Of a DNA stretch of 64,000 nucleotides, positions 12,528-26,774 are shown piece after piece (within the stretch, counting starts at the first letter, position 1; each line of letters starts with the position of its first letter). Made by a program: the position numbers and the translations under genes. Origin of the DNA: Octopus sinensis (taxonomy: Eukaryota); NCBI RefSeq assembly GCF_006345805.1, contig NC_043000.1, forward strand, positions 139,624,001-139,688,000, read 5' to 3'. Below the pieces are notes generated by a model, which made no database searches, was not told where the DNA came from, and was given only the letters and a program-made list of their open reading frames with translations.

Positions 12528-13549
12528 ATATACGGAGGAAACCAGCGTATATGTACTGTATATATATTTATTTGTATGAATATCATTTGTAATATATACA
12601 TAGATACATAGGTATTTGTTTATGCATACACAAATGCGTGACTATAAGTGACTATCAAATGCTGCAGAATATATTCACAACACATCTACATTGGTTTCTC
12701 TTCATCTACAGCAATGTTTTGTTTGCAGACATTGAGTATTTTTGTAAGTGATGAAGCCTGTTGACACATCGTGTAATGGTATTTGACAGCATGTCACTAA
12801 TTAAGTAAACATTTTCTTGTATGTGTATTTGTGAGTGTAACCATGTGTGTATGTATGTAAAAATGCTATAAAATATACATGAGCGTATATATCTATGTAT
12901 ATGAATATATGAATATAGGTATATGTATATACACATATATACATGCATACATACATACACCTGAGGCACCATTATACATCACAACTGTGTTCTATAAATA
13001 CTTTCACATTTAACAACTATTATCAAATGCTCTTGAAAGTAATGCAGTAGTTTTTGTGCTTTGCCTGCAGATAAACGTATCTTGACAAGGAAAGTGACAC
13101 AGTTTTGTTTTGTTTCCTTAGAAGTTTACAGAAACGAAGTATTCTTTTGTTTCTGTGTCAGACAGGTGCTTATAATATCTAATAGAAAATGCATATCCAT
13201 ACACACAAATATATAATATTGTGTTTTGTGTTGTATTTTTAAAGAAGAAATTGCAGGGATGGTGATTGGTTATGGAGTCATTGTTCTCAGTATGTGACAA
13301 TCTTTAAGAGTTTACCAAGTTCATTATTTGAACCATTTGATCTTCAGTAACTCCTTAATAAATACTGATCAAAATGCTACAAGTATTCACCATTTATATT
13401 CTGCTTAAAACTGCAAATGTTGGAAAAGCAGTGCTTACGATTTTCAGAGACACAGATCATATATTCTAGAGCTTTTAATGTTGGTGTGTCCTTCAATGGA
13501 CTAAAATATTTTATAATTGCCAATATATGTATGCACACATACACACACA

Positions 13550-13610
<61 letters not shown>

Positions 13611-13945
13611 TGAAGTCGCATGGCTCAGTGGTTAGAGCATCGAGCTTACGATCGTGAGGTTGTGAGTTGGAATCTTGGACTGGGCTGCATGTTGTGTTCT
13701 TGAGCAAGACACTTTATTTCACATTGCTCCAGTCCACTCAGCTGTAGAAATGAGTTGCGGCATCACAGGTGCCAAACTGTATCTACTGTTGCCTTTCCCT
13801 TGGATAACACTGGTGCCGTGGATAGGGGAGGTTGGTATGCATGGGCGACTGCTGGTCTTCCATAAACAACCTTGCCCAGACTTGTGCCTGGGAGGGTAAC
13901 TTTCTAGGTACAATCCCATGGTCAGTCATGACTGAAGGGGGTCTC
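13611..13945 (+). mobile_element. tRNA-derived SINE family C
   Basis: Head TGGCTCAGTGGTTAGAGC, core TGTGTTCTTGAGCAAGACACTT; reverse copy at 17855-18187. Confidence 0.8.
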
Positions 13946-13950
13946 AACAT

Positions 13951-13995
<45 letters not shown>

Positions 13996-13998
<3 letters not shown>

Positions 13999-14050
13999 CA
14001 TGCTAGCATGGAAAACGGACGTTAAACGATGATGATGATGATGATGATGA
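13996..14050 (+). mobile_element. Very short RTE 3'-tail copy
   Basis: CCCATGCTAGCATGGAAAACGGACGTTAAACGATGATG. Confidence 0.75.
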
Positions 14051-15780
14051 TCAGCCATTTTTCTGTAGATATATTTGGGTTGTAAGTTGATATGGCATCT
14101 TTCTAAAGGTTTGAATATGTATAAATGTTGGAGCTACCTTTTAATAATGGATTTTCAATAAGCCTTCTACCACAGGTTGTTTCCGATCAATTAACTAATA
14201 CTTTAGAATGACATACACTTATTAGAGAGAGACCAAATATTTAAGTTGTTGCAATTATACAGAGAAGAGTTTTACATGTCTATACTAAACACTTTTCATT
14301 TGTTTATGGTAGTTATGAAAGAAACAAAGATTTTGGTGCTAAAAGCTCCCCTTGTCGCTATTCTTTTTATTGGAGATCCTATTTTCTATGTCAAAACCCT
14401 TATCTATAAGGGTTAACAAAATTCCTGATTGGGCATTTAAACATAATGAAAGATTATGATAATTACAGTGTAGATTCACTTCAACATTTAAATTTAATTT
14501 GTCAAAATATTTTCGTTGCTTTGAGACCACGACCTGTTCACTGACAAAATTCTTGCTTTTAGTTTTTTGTGATTTTTAGCAATAGAGTTTTTTTCTGTAT
14601 ATAATATACTCTACCTTTGAAGTCTGTATATAATATACTCTACCTTTGAAGCCAGTGTTTAAGCTGTCATTATCATAATGAGCAGAATACCCAAAGAATT
14701 CTTCCTTGAAGGATAATCTAAATGTGCTTATTGAGGAATCTTTGCAAATTCAAAAACTACATTTATCGAGAATTTCCTAAATACCATCTATGTAAAAGAG
14801 TTTATTTTTCCTCAAAATGAATTCACCACGTACTGAAAGATTGTTCCACACAGATAAAAATATCATTGTTTTTACCAACAAGTTACTTTTCTGTTTTCTT
14901 TACATCTAATATAGAAGATTAAATAATATGTGCATTGAAAAATATATTCTGGTATCCTGTTTATAACAATTAAATAGCTATAATTAATCAAAATTCAAGT
15001 AATCATGTTTCATTAAGAAAATTTGTTACTGCTTCCTTTCATCAGCAGAAAACTGAGATTCTAACAGAAAGTACAAAGTCTACTTATTGATTGCATTTTC
15101 TTCTCTTGTCTTGCAAATGAAAACACAGACACACACACAGACCCACACAAATACGAACACAAACATCTACACACACACAGACACATACATACCTGTGCAT
15201 GCATGCATGCACTCATGCACACACTCACGCATACGCTTAAAAAGACATGCAAGTATTACATTTTGTCTATCTGAAAATTTCCAGTCCTCACATCTACCAA
15301 TAAGACCTTCATTTGTCCCTGAGCTTATTGGTAACGTTTAATCCAATTCATGTGTTGAAGTTAGACTAATCTGCAAATGTTTTTCTCCATCTTAGTTTAT
15401 GTGAACCACAAATTTTTCTATCCATCCTCATTCTTAACAAACACACATTTGGCTAGGCATAGAGAATGGAGCATATTAAATTCTCTCTGACCTCATCGAC
15501 AAACTTAAATTCTGAGCTCAATATTGTAATAGTTTTTTCTTTTTTTTTTTCCTCAGTGAAGCACATATTTCACTGTGAGATGATAATCTGTTATCAAATA
15601 TACTATCTTCCTTCCAGAAGAAAATGAGCAGAAATTTAACCTACTAAAACTTAGCAAAATCTCATGAACAGATGAATTCCAGTCTAAATTTCTGAAAGAC
15701 TAGTTTGAAGTACCTCTCAAAGCAATTAATGAATTATCCAACTTGTTTTTCTCAGTGGAATGTATATCCCAGACTTTTAA

Positions 15781-16152
15781 CCCTTTCGATATCAAACCCA
15801 GCTGAAACTGCCTCTCTCTCTGTAGTGCAAATGTCTTGTTTTCATAAGTTTTGAATTAAAATCTTCCACCAAACCTTAGTCACAATTTATGTTCCTTACA
15901 CCAGCTTAATGATAACTGTGTTATTTTACTAAATTCTTTGTTATATATAAAATTAATTGAAAGAAACACAGATCATCTCAAAATTGTTATGTCACACGTT
16001 CGGATGTCTTCTACTGAACTCGACTCCGACTGCTACTATTCTACTGTTCTCTCCTGACGTCTAGGCTTCTCTCTCTATATCTACGTATTGGGCTATCCTA
16101 CTTCCTCGTCTGGGGCATCCACACAACAAAAATAAATATGGTAACAAAAGGG
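15781..16152. mobile_element. piggyBac-like MITE
   Basis: TTAA|CCCTTTCGATATC ... GGTAACAAAAGGG|TTAA. Confidence 0.65.
15985..16128. mobile_element. 144-bp TGTT..AACA insert with 5-bp TSD (solo-LTR-like)
   Basis: Flanked by AAAAT on both sides (15980-15984, 16129-16133); more GC-rich than the host MITE. Confidence 0.55.
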
Positions 16153-16329
16153 TTAAAGAAGCCCTAATTGTGGTTCTGTATAAGAAATCATCTTATAGTC
16201 AGAGTTCTAGGTATAGCTCTATAATCATGTCTACAAAATGCAACATCACAGACAAGCTTTTTTTTTAAAATGATGCATACTTATAGTTTTTGATTTTCAA
16301 AGTTGCTTCTCAGCCTGTAAGGAATATTA

Positions 16330-16960
16330 TTGACTAGATCATTGCCTTAAACAATCAATCAAAAACTCAACAGAAGTCAATAGATCCTTGCACATAGTAT
16401 TTATTAGCCTCTCTAAGGCCTTTGACAAGGTAAAAATTATCTTCCTTATGACAACTTCCTGAAAAGGCACAGAAATAGATATTGCAGCCATCATTCTAAT
16501 GCTAACATATGAGTGTTCAAATGATTCAATGAAGTGTGATATTGGCATTTCAGGATCAATTGATGTATAGATATGAGTAAAGCAAAGAGATACTTTTACT
16601 CCCTTGCTGTTCTGTATTGCCCTCACAGCTTTGATATCCAAGCCAACAGATGTGAAAATGATAGTAAGAGAGTAATAGATGGAGGTTATTCCATTGGGGA
16701 ATAAAGGATTTCAGATATCAGCGTTGCTGACAGCATAGCAATCATCAGCTAAACAGCTAGAAAACTGCAATAATTTGTCATCATATCTGCTGAAGTTACA
16801 CCAGATTTAATTCTGAAAATAAATAGGGAAAATATCCAAAATAATACTGCATGAGGTATAATAAATAATGGGAAATGAATCGAACAAGTTAATGAACTTC
16901 TATATTTGGCGCATAAATTATCCAGCACAAATGGCCACTCTACTCCAATATGCAACAGGA
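16330..16960 (+). mobile_element. Highly degenerate LINE RT remnant
   Basis: LHIVFISLSKAFDKV, ISVADSIAII (YADD-equivalent), IEQVNELLYL. Confidence 0.6.
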
Positions 16961-17139
16961 TAGCCTAAACGTATGTTGAATTTAATAAGAAACACTTCTT
17001 AATGTTTACCAGACAACCTAAGAAAATTAAGGAAATGTATATAATATTTATATATATATATATATACATTCATATATATATTCATGCATGCATATATATA
17101 TACATACATATATGTACATACATGTATATATATACATAC

Positions 17140-17680
17140 ATATATATTTTTTTTTCTCTCCCTTTCTCTTACTCCTCCTCCTCCTCCCTCCCGTCACTGA
17201 CCCGCGACAAGAAGGCTACTACTGTCTTTCTGACCTGGCTTTCTTCAAGTGTGGACGGCTTTCCTGTCTCTCTCTCGCCGTCCTCAAAAGCGTTCAAAAT
17301 ATTTTTTCTTTCATTCTGGCTTAACAGCTCTCAATGTTCGTGTTACTGTTATTCTCCTTGTCCAGTCTTTTACTGTTTATATTTTGTACTGTCTTTACTG
17401 TCCTGTTTTTGTTACCATTTTTACCCCTCCGCAAAAAAATCTCAAATTGTATTTAATTTGCTTTTGTGGGCAGGATTGTTTCAATGAAGTCGTGTCTCGC
17501 CTTTACCTTCGAAACGCGGAGTAGATGAAACAGAGGTGGCTGAAGAAGGGGAATTTTCCTTGTGTTGTATGTCTTGTACTCTATTTTTCCGTTGTTTAAG
17601 AAAAATGTCCATTTCCTTGGATTTGTGTTTATGTTTTCGTTTCTCATTGTGTTCGACGTTTTTTTTTTGGTGACCTGTAC
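17140..17680. mobile_element. Probable Penelope pLTR-type terminal fragment between TA microsatellites
   Basis: Composition, TA-repeat flanks, CTGAAGAAGGG and CTTCGAAACG motifs; no coding remnant. Confidence 0.35.
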
Positions 17681-17854
17681 CCATATATGCATGTATATAT
17701 ACATATAGATGTGGGTACGTACATATATGTCTGTATATATGCATATGTTTTATTTATTAATTTGTTATTATATATATACATACATATACATTTTACATAC
17801 ATATATAACACCTTTACGTTTCCATCTTTGTTTGTTGAGTTTCTATAGGATCGG

Positions 17855-18187
17855 GGACCCCCTTTGGTCATAAATGACCATGGGATTGCATCTACAAAGT
17901 TACACTCCGAGGCACAAGTCCGGGCAAGGTTGATTATGGAAGACCAGTAGTCATCCATGCATACCAGCCTCCCCTCTCCACAGCACTGATGTTATCCAAG
18001 GAAAAGGAAAAGGCCGATACAGCTTGGGACCAGTGACGTTGCAACTCATTTCTACAGCTGAGTGAACTGAAGCAACGTGAAATAAAGTGTCTTGCTCAAG
18101 AACACAACACATAGCCCGGCCCAGGAATCAAACTCACAACCTCACGATCGTAAGCTCGATGCTCTAATCACTGAACCATGCACCTTC
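17855..18187 (-). mobile_element. SINE family C
   Basis: Reverse-complement match to 13611-13945. Confidence 0.8.
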
Positions 18188-18615
18188 TGTAGGATACGTG
18201 TTCTATAAATGCTCGTAACACACTTTCTATATATATATACACATACACACTTACTTGGTATGTATATGTGCATGTCCATGTGAGTGTGTGCTTGCGTGTG
18301 TGATGACAAGCACAAGATTTCTTTGTTGTTTTCTCTCTTTATTTCTTATTTATTTACCTATGTATTTGCTTATCGAATGACGTAGGGCAAACTATTTGAA
18401 TTATCCACATGACATAATTACGATTCGTTCTAGAACAATCCAGAGGGAAATTTATCAACAACTATCTAAACTCACAGGCTTTCAACCTGTGACTAGCTTG
18501 ATAAATGCCAATGCACAAAATTCTTGGAGTTCGAGTCACTTTGTTACTTCTGCTAAATGTTATATACATAACATATACTCATATTTTGAGTTCTATTTTA
18601 CCTGTTTGCATCAGC

Positions 18616-18672
<57 letters not shown>

Positions 18673-18677
18673 TTATA

Positions 18678-19050
18678 TTCTCTTACCTGTTTCAATGATT
18701 TGACTGTGGGCATGCTGAAATACCACCTTTAGTTGAGGAAATCGACCCTAGGGCTTATTCTTTGTAAACCTAGTACTTATTCTCTCGGTCTCTTTTGCCA
18801 AACCACTAAGTTACGGGGGTCGTAAACACACCAGCAGCAATGATGGGGAAACGGACACAGACACACAAATGCAAACATATATATAAAAGTAGACGATGGG
18901 CTTCTTTCAGTTTACATCAACGAAATCAACTCACAAGGTTTTGGTTGGCCCAAGGCTATAATACCAGATACTTGCCCGAGGCACTATGAAGTAGAAGTGA
19001 ACCCGGAACCATGTGGTTGGGAAGCAAACTTCTTACCATACAGTCACCTC

Positions 19051-19055
<5 letters not shown>
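18678..19055 (-). mobile_element. SINE family A, diverged
   Basis: Reverse-complement match to 308-706. Confidence 0.8.
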
Positions 19056-19096
<41 letters not shown>

Positions 19097-20389
19097 TACT
19101 AGACTACACATGATCTGTTGGGTCACCTGGAAAGTTGAAGTTTCCCAGCAACAGAGTTTTATGCTTTTTGTGAAATCCACTGGCCAAATCAATTTATCTT
19201 CAATAGCTTCTACATTTAACACTAGGTAAAATATACGACCATATTTTATGTCAAGAACATTAAAATGCTAAATAAAATATACAGTATAGTCAGAAATAAA
19301 CATTAAGTCTAACACATCTATTATTTTGTCAAGTCTGGAAGACAAATCTAAATCGTTTTTTTTTACTGTATTGAGTATCATCGGCAGTAATGTAGGTTAA
19401 CCATACCTTTCCAAAGTCAAAGAGAATGAATCACAAAATAAATACGTAGAAATATAGAATTATTTAGAAATGAAATAATTCTGAGATAGCATCTAGATGA
19501 TAATCACTAGATAAATAGGTGATAGAATATTTAATATTTGAAAAATATTGAAACATCTGAAATAGAAGAAAATGTGTGGAGAGCAAAAATATATATATGT
19601 TCGTGAATGAATTATATAATTCCTTCTAAATTAGATAAATGTGACATTACTATAGCATTACCTAGTTTTTGTGCTTGCTTATAATATTGAATTAAAATTC
19701 TCTCATGATTATAACCCGATGTGCATGTTGTTATTGTGCTAGTTACATGATACCAGCTTTGATTATGACTTCCCCTGGCTTGACGGGTCCCATCAAGCTC
19801 AGCATATCACCAAGGGTTTCGGTCACTAGTCATTGCCTTCTTAAGACTGAGAGTTCGAAAATTATATATATGTATATATATATATATAATAATAATATGA
19901 GGGAATATTATTCCAAACTTACAGGGAAAAATTTAATTTAGAAATACAACTCAAATTTCGCAAAATATAATATATATATAAATTAGAAAAACACCACCTT
20001 TTATCAATTCAATAATGAAAAATTAAATTATACCATCTAGAAAATTACATATTATAGAAAGATAAAATATAAGAAAACATATAATGGTGATTAAGTAATG
20101 CGCAAAATAATAAGATAAAACATATAATGATGATTACGGAATGTGCCAAATAATAAAAAAAAACATATATATTTGGTAGACTATATATGTACATACGAAT
20201 ATATATATATATATATATATTTGTATGTACAAATATAGTCTACCAGTGGTCTGGTCTTGGGCAGGTCCTCTGCATGTGAACCTTCTCTAACATGCTGTGC
20301 ATGATCTGGGAGAGCCTGAGAGAAGAATATGTTGAATAAAATCATAATTATTGATCCTTAAAATTGAACTTTCTAATGCAAGGTCCAAC

Positions 20390-21050
20390 ATTAGCAGGTA
20401 CATCTCCAATCTATCAGCCAATAAAGACACTTTTGAAAAAGCCGCCCCATACTACAATGCTGCATTAGAAAGGACCAACTTCAGGAATAGTATAAAATAC
20501 ATAGAACCAAATGTAGATTGACCAAGAAAATCTTATAGTTCAAATCAGCTTATAGTATAAATGTAGCCACTAACATAGCTAGGAAATTCTTAAAATTAAT
20601 AGACAATCACTTCCCACATTCAATAGCCTTGAAAGACGCTGTAACTGTAGATCTATGGACTTCTGTCCTCTAAATAACAGCTGTCTGGATAAAGAACTTA
20701 TATGCAAGACCAAAATTATGGATCTCAACAGAGAAACAAAGATGCATATCAGAATGACGGGCAACTCATTCAAGGAAAGATACACACAACACTTGACGTT
20801 ATTCAGAGATAAAAATAAAAGACAAACGATATCCCTATCCAGTATGATATGGCCATTGTAAAAAGGAGGAGTAAGCAACCCCAACATAACATGGAGCATC
20901 ATTGTTAAATCCAGAAAATATAGAAGTCAGGGTACCAAATGTGAGCTCTGTATCACTGAAAGGCTAAATATCATACAGCCCACAAATAGTTTATTAAGTA
21001 TTAGGAATGAAACCTCTCCCTGCATATTTAGCACTCCAGTATTGCAAAGG
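20390..21050 (+). mobile_element. Penelope-like element remnant: post-RT region and GIY-YIG endonuclease
   Basis: AAPYYNAAL, CNCR..CPL..CL, FKERYTQH, ITWSII, KCELCITERLNII. Confidence 0.8.
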
Positions 21051-21519
21051 AGAACCATCACCCACTCTGCCAATCCCACCAAGATAGTTTCTTTCCTTGA
21101 ACATGAACATTGAATATATACAACACACAAACTCCATACATGGAAGATATATGTCCCCTTGATGAACTCTCCCAACACACAGACATATGAACATTATACA
21201 TACCTAGAATATATATAATATACATACCTAGAATACATATAATATAATGTAAACAAATTCATCATACAGCACAAAATAAAACCCAAGGGAGATAATCACT
21301 CAAAAGATGATATCCATCAGTAGCACCATTTGAATTCTTGTTTTCTTCGTGAGACTTTATTGTGAATTCCCAAGAACTTTCGTATTTTCATCCAAAACGG
21401 AGGTGAACAACATTCCTCTGCGTGATCAGCTTGAAAAATTGTTAAGATATTAAGATTTCTTCTTAACATGAAACCAATGATAGCCTTAATACACAAATAT
21501 ATATATGCATAGAGTGGGG

Positions 21520-21720
21520 AGAGTTCACAAAAAAAAAGACGATGACAGGTTGTGTAGAAAACAAACAGATGTATTAGTATAATGCTCAGGAAGTGAAAAA
21601 GTCTTTTACGTTTTGAGCCTACACTCTTCTACATAAAGGGACACAGAAAAAAAACAAAGAGAGAAACAAGGAGAGAAAAAATGTGTGTAGTGGCTATCGA
21701 TCTATCATGGCGACTGTAAC
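21520..21720 (-). mobile_element. Short Penelope-terminal-type repeat, copy 1
   Basis: Aligns with 26480-26675; carries a hammerhead-like hairpin on the minus strand. Confidence 0.5.
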
Positions 21721-22239
21721 TATATATGCATAGTTACATGTACAAGCATGGCTGTCTGATTAGAATTTGTTTCACAACTATATGGATTTTAGGTTCATGC
21801 CCACCTCAAGTATGTTAGGAAACTGTCTTGTATAGTCTTGAGTTAGTTAAGACATTGTCAGAGAATTTGGTAGATGAAACCTCTATTAAAGCTTATTGTG
21901 TATATGAGTGCATTTATGTGAGTGAGTATGTGTATGTTTGAGTTTATATCCTAGTATTTAACAACTAGAATTGGTTTATTTACATAACTATAACTTACCA
22001 GTTCTGCAGACACCAATAACGTAGACAGAAAATTTTAAATTTGTTAAGTGTTGAGAGATTTGATAAAGTAAATCTTTCACTGTGCTATTTCAGCATGGCC
22101 AAAACCCCAAGCCTGAAACAAATGTCAATGAATCTCTAGGTGTGTGTGTATGTCTGTGTGTGCAAGCTGATTCATAGGTGTATGAAAATCTATATCTGAA
22201 TTTCTCTTGTAGCTACATTTATGCGTGTATTTATGACTC

Positions 22240-22249
22240 CATAAAATAA

Positions 22250-22326
<77 letters not shown>

Positions 22327-23149
22327 TGAGATAAATAAATAGATAGATAGATAAATAGATACATAGATAAAGGAGGGAGGGAGAGCAAGAGACACAGACA
22401 GACAGATAGATAAACAGATTGATAGAGAGATAGAAAGATTGATTGATATAAATATTTATACATATAAATATCTATATTCTTTATATGCACATATATACAT
22501 ACATATAGTCATAGATATATGTCCAGATATAGATATTGATACTTATCTACAAATATATATACATATATATATATATATGTATGTATGTATGTATGTGTGT
22601 GTGCGTATGTGTTTGTGTATGTCTTTGTGTAGGTATGTATAACTATTATCAGTACTATCATTGTCGTTATTATCAATATTATATAAGATATGTGTTAGTA
22701 TTATTTTGCTTAAATATCAATATGTCTGCTTATTGATAGCATTTAGCTCGCCATTTTATGGCTCTTTTGTGAGAGGTGTGATGCTTGGATACTGTTACAT
22801 CCATAACATGGTTATTTACATGGTACTGTTGAAAGTAATAAAATCCTCGATTTTCTTCAGGCAATAAAAATCTTCATGCAAATAAAAGGCTGTTAACTGT
22901 CTAACTACAAATAGCCATGTACAAGATGAAAGTATTATAATCAAAGTATCAGAAGTTCAGTGACAAACTGGCCTGCAAGAACGAGGGAATATATCTTTAG
23001 ACAAACTCCTCATTTATGCATAGAAATTATTTACACACAGACTCACACACACACGCACACGTGTACACATGCACTCTCTCTCCCCCTCTCTCTCTCTTTA
23101 TATATATATATACATGCACATACACATAAATACATATACATACATACAC

Positions 23150-23184
<35 letters not shown>

Positions 23185-23204
23185 AGTGTGTGTGTGTGTG
23201 TACG

Positions 23205-23239
<35 letters not shown>

Positions 23240-23470
23240 GTGTGTGTGTATATATATATATGTGTGTGCGTATGTGTGTATGCATGCTCATAAGTATATA
23301 TATGGATATACTGGAATATATTTGGAAGTGCATTTATGTAAATTATAAATATATATATATGTATATTTGGTATTTAATATGCAGGCACATACACACTCAA
23401 ATACGCAGAAACATAGATATAAGCAGAGACACACACAGACACACACAGATACACACACACACACACATAA
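22240..23470. repeat. Compound microsatellite field (TA, GA, GATA, CA, TATG)
   Basis: Direct reading. Confidence 0.9.
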
Positions 23471-24077
23471 GTGTGTAAGCATGTGCATGTATGTACAACT
23501 ATCTGTACACTGTCTTGTACATGTAAATTTATTCATAGGCCTGAAAATATGTGTTCATATATAAAATACTTAGCGTATCACTTATAATGGCCAATCCAGT
23601 CAACGAACAATCTTACGGGTTAGTTGAACTAGACAAATTTGCTAGTTTTTATATTGGAATGTCTCTAAATAATGACCATACATCATGCGTGACCAGTATA
23701 TACACAATTCAATATACTGACTTTATAACATCTCATTAACCATGTTAAATACTAGTTGCAACAATAGCCGATGTGCTTCGCATTTATTCTGTATATATGT
23801 TATATTAAAAGTTCTTTGAAGCTGATAACCATTTTAGTGCAATCTCTGCATTAAGGGAATGTCTTAGTGTCATTTGATTTGTTAGAAATAGCAGTCAAAT
23901 CTCCTTCAATTAAATTCCACTCCCTTAAATAAAGACGGATGCAGTGTAAGTGCATTGGACTTGATATCTTTAACAATGATTTCTGCGACATTCAACCTGA
24001 TAATCCTCATTAATCTCACTCCTCTACAGCAAAAAAGCTGCAGCAGTTGTTTCTTTCATATTTTAATTTCTCAATAC

Positions 24078-24282
24078 GGCACGCTGTGCCGGTGGCACAT
24101 ATAAAAGCACCCACTACACTCTCGGAGTGGTTGGTGTCAGGAAGGGCATCCAGCTGTAGAAATTCTGCCAGATCAAGATTGGAGCCTGGTGCAGCCATCT
24201 GGTTTGCCAGCCCTAAATCAAAATCGTCCAACCCATGCTAGCATGGAAAGCGGACGTTAAACGATGATGATGATGATGATGA
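24078..24282 (+). mobile_element. 5'-truncated RTE 3'-tail copy
   Basis: Matches ~5985-6180, ends (GAT)n. Confidence 0.85.
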
Positions 24283-26415
24283 ATAACATAAAGCCACTTC
24301 TTTGATACAATACTCCTACTAGTTTCGGGGGGGGGGGGCTTTGAGGTACACTGTAATCTTGCTAGCGCTGGTGCCATCATAAAGATAATGTGTAAAGTAG
24401 TTGGGGGTCAGAAGAGATATGTGGCTATACAATCTACACCAAAGCAAGAGACTGGACCACACCACTGTCCTCTGATGTGCTAATTTCTGCTGAAACATCT
24501 AGCAGAATAGAAGAGGGGTGTTAAAATATAAGGATGATGATGATGATGATGTTGTTGACACCAACGATGATGATAATGATGTTAGGGAGGAGAAGGCCAC
24601 CTTTTTACCATTGTCACTGCCACTACAACTGACAGTAGTGATGGTGATATCAGCAAAAATGATAATGATGTCAACAAAAATGGCCATGATATAGTAGGTC
24701 TATGAACAAAGGAATTCCAGCTGTTACTTATTATTCTTTCGTAGTATTTCTAGGACTGCATTATCTATTATGCCTTTCCTTGTTTCTGTTAATTATTAGG
24801 TTGCAATTTGAAGGAAGCTGATGTCTATTTTTAACTGGTCATGTGACCATGCCAATGCTCCTTCATGCATTATTTGAGTTCGCTATGAAATGAAAGTTCA
24901 ATGCACTTTGAAAACAGTTTTACATGTTAAAATTGCTTTTGAACAAATGTATTGGGAAATCTTTATCACATAACATTGTGTCATTTGGTGCAAACTCATG
25001 GGCTTATTTTATACAATAACTCATTAAATTTTAATTATTCTGAGATGTTGCCAGCAAAAGAAACAATAGTTAATTTAGTGCCAGCATATTTCATGTAGTG
25101 AGATTCAAAAATCAAATTAGAAATAATTATGCTGAGGGGAAATATTATTATTAGCTCAATGGTTAATATTGTACTAATTTTGATATGAATGGGAGACAAC
25201 TCAAAGCAGGTTCTCACACAAAGAAGCTGTAGCTTTCCATTATTTCATTAGCCGTCAGCTGTGTCTTACATTTCTTCTATGATTCTGGAAAAAAGTTTTG
25301 GCATATCAATCAATTCTTTTCTTCCATTGTATCAGTGCCTGAATAATAGTAATTTTTGGTGCATCGAAATCCATTAATGTTTTAAGATACTCCAATCCAC
25401 ACACACACAAGTAGCTCTACTTTATATACACAAGTTAATTTACTTTTAATTTTTGACCATGAAGTGAAATTTTTCAGTGAGTGTGGCACAAAGTAAAGAG
25501 TGTAAATCCCTTTGTAATCAGGTGCATTTAGTCTAGGTGTGTCAGATTAAGGTCATATGATTATTAATATAGCAATTTGGTCGCTTATGTGTTTTAGGGT
25601 TTCCATAAAGAATGTTAGTGGAAGAAAAGGTTAGTGGTCAACAGATGTCTGTCTGAGGTAGATTGATTGCTGATTTTATTTGATTGGAAATGTAGAAATA
25701 TAAACTCTTTGTATGTTATTGTATACACATTTCTTTACTAAAAATCTCATGACCTAAGTGGGATATACCTGAATACCAAGAAATTTATATGATCGACTGA
25801 ACTTTGAATGATAACCCAACTTCCAATTTAAGCGATGAAATCTTCCAGTAATAGCTTTCCACCAGTACTCACTTACAAACAGACTGACTACAGTCTACTA
25901 TCCCTTACCAATGTTAATTTGTTTCCATAATCAGCTGCAACTTTTTAATCAACTACATTTGCCAAAATTATGAAGTAACTTTGAGCCCTCAGAAGCAGCT
26001 GTCAGATTTCCGACTTATGAGCCTTCTCCCCTCTATATATATATATATATATATAATTGAAATTACGTTGAACGTAAACAAACAAACGAAGTTTGCTTTA
26101 GAAGCGTTGAGATGTCTTAGAAAGTTAAAGAAGTGATTTTAAATTCTAAAATGCAGGATAATGTTAATAAAATAGCCTGAATAGGATAATCTACCCCTAT
26201 TTTGTAGAAAAAAGTGGTGGTGGCCAGCTATTAGACTCGAACTCACACCTCCATGATTACACATCGCAGTGCTCTGAACCATTAAGCTAAATATATATAT
26301 ATACTTGATTGCTTATCATCTGAAAATTTTCCATTTGCCTTTTCTTTTTATATGTATACATGTATATATATTTTGTACATTAAAACTCGAGGTTTTATCT
26401 AGTTATTTGAATCAT

Positions 26416-26479
<64 letters not shown>

Positions 26480-26482
<3 letters not shown>

Positions 26483-26675
26483 GGAAAGTTTACGAAAATA
26501 AACAAAAGACGAAGGCAGGTGGTGTACAAACAAACAGATGTATTAGTATAGCACTCAGGAATAGAAAAAGTCTTTTATGTTTCGAGCCTACGCTCTTTTA
26601 CAGAAAATTCACAGAAAAAAACAAGGAGAGAAAAAATGTGTGTAGTAGCTAACGATCTATCATTGCGTCTGATTA
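26480..26675 (-). mobile_element. Short Penelope-terminal-type repeat, copy 2, adjacent to (TA)n
   Basis: Aligns with 21520-21720. Confidence 0.5.
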
Positions 26676-26774
26676 ATAATTGATAATATCAGGGTAATAA
26701 AGAGTTTAGAAATTTTTACTACCAGTGGCCTAGCGTATAGAAAAATTAGTCAATAGACTATATATTATTCATAT

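Noticed and set aside
16339-16641. 100-aa minus-strand ORF that looked exon-like
   Set aside because: It is the antisense shadow of a plus-strand degenerate RT (SKAFDKV motif).
17495-17555. CTTCGAAACG..CTGAAGAAGGG as a permuted hammerhead
   Set aside because: No stem III complement or NUH cleavage triplet could be placed.
22125-23564. Many 60-170 aa ORFs rich in YI, CV, HT, YVCM (also near 0.8-1.2, 13.4, 17.0, 30.1, 37.5 and 40.2-41.3 kb)
   Set aside because: Translations of stop-free microsatellites, not genes.
26220-26290. tRNA-like sequence on the minus strand (similar one near 11200-11290)
   Set aside because: A/B-box-like motifs only; stems do not pair into a cloverleaf, so a SINE head or pseudogene fragment.
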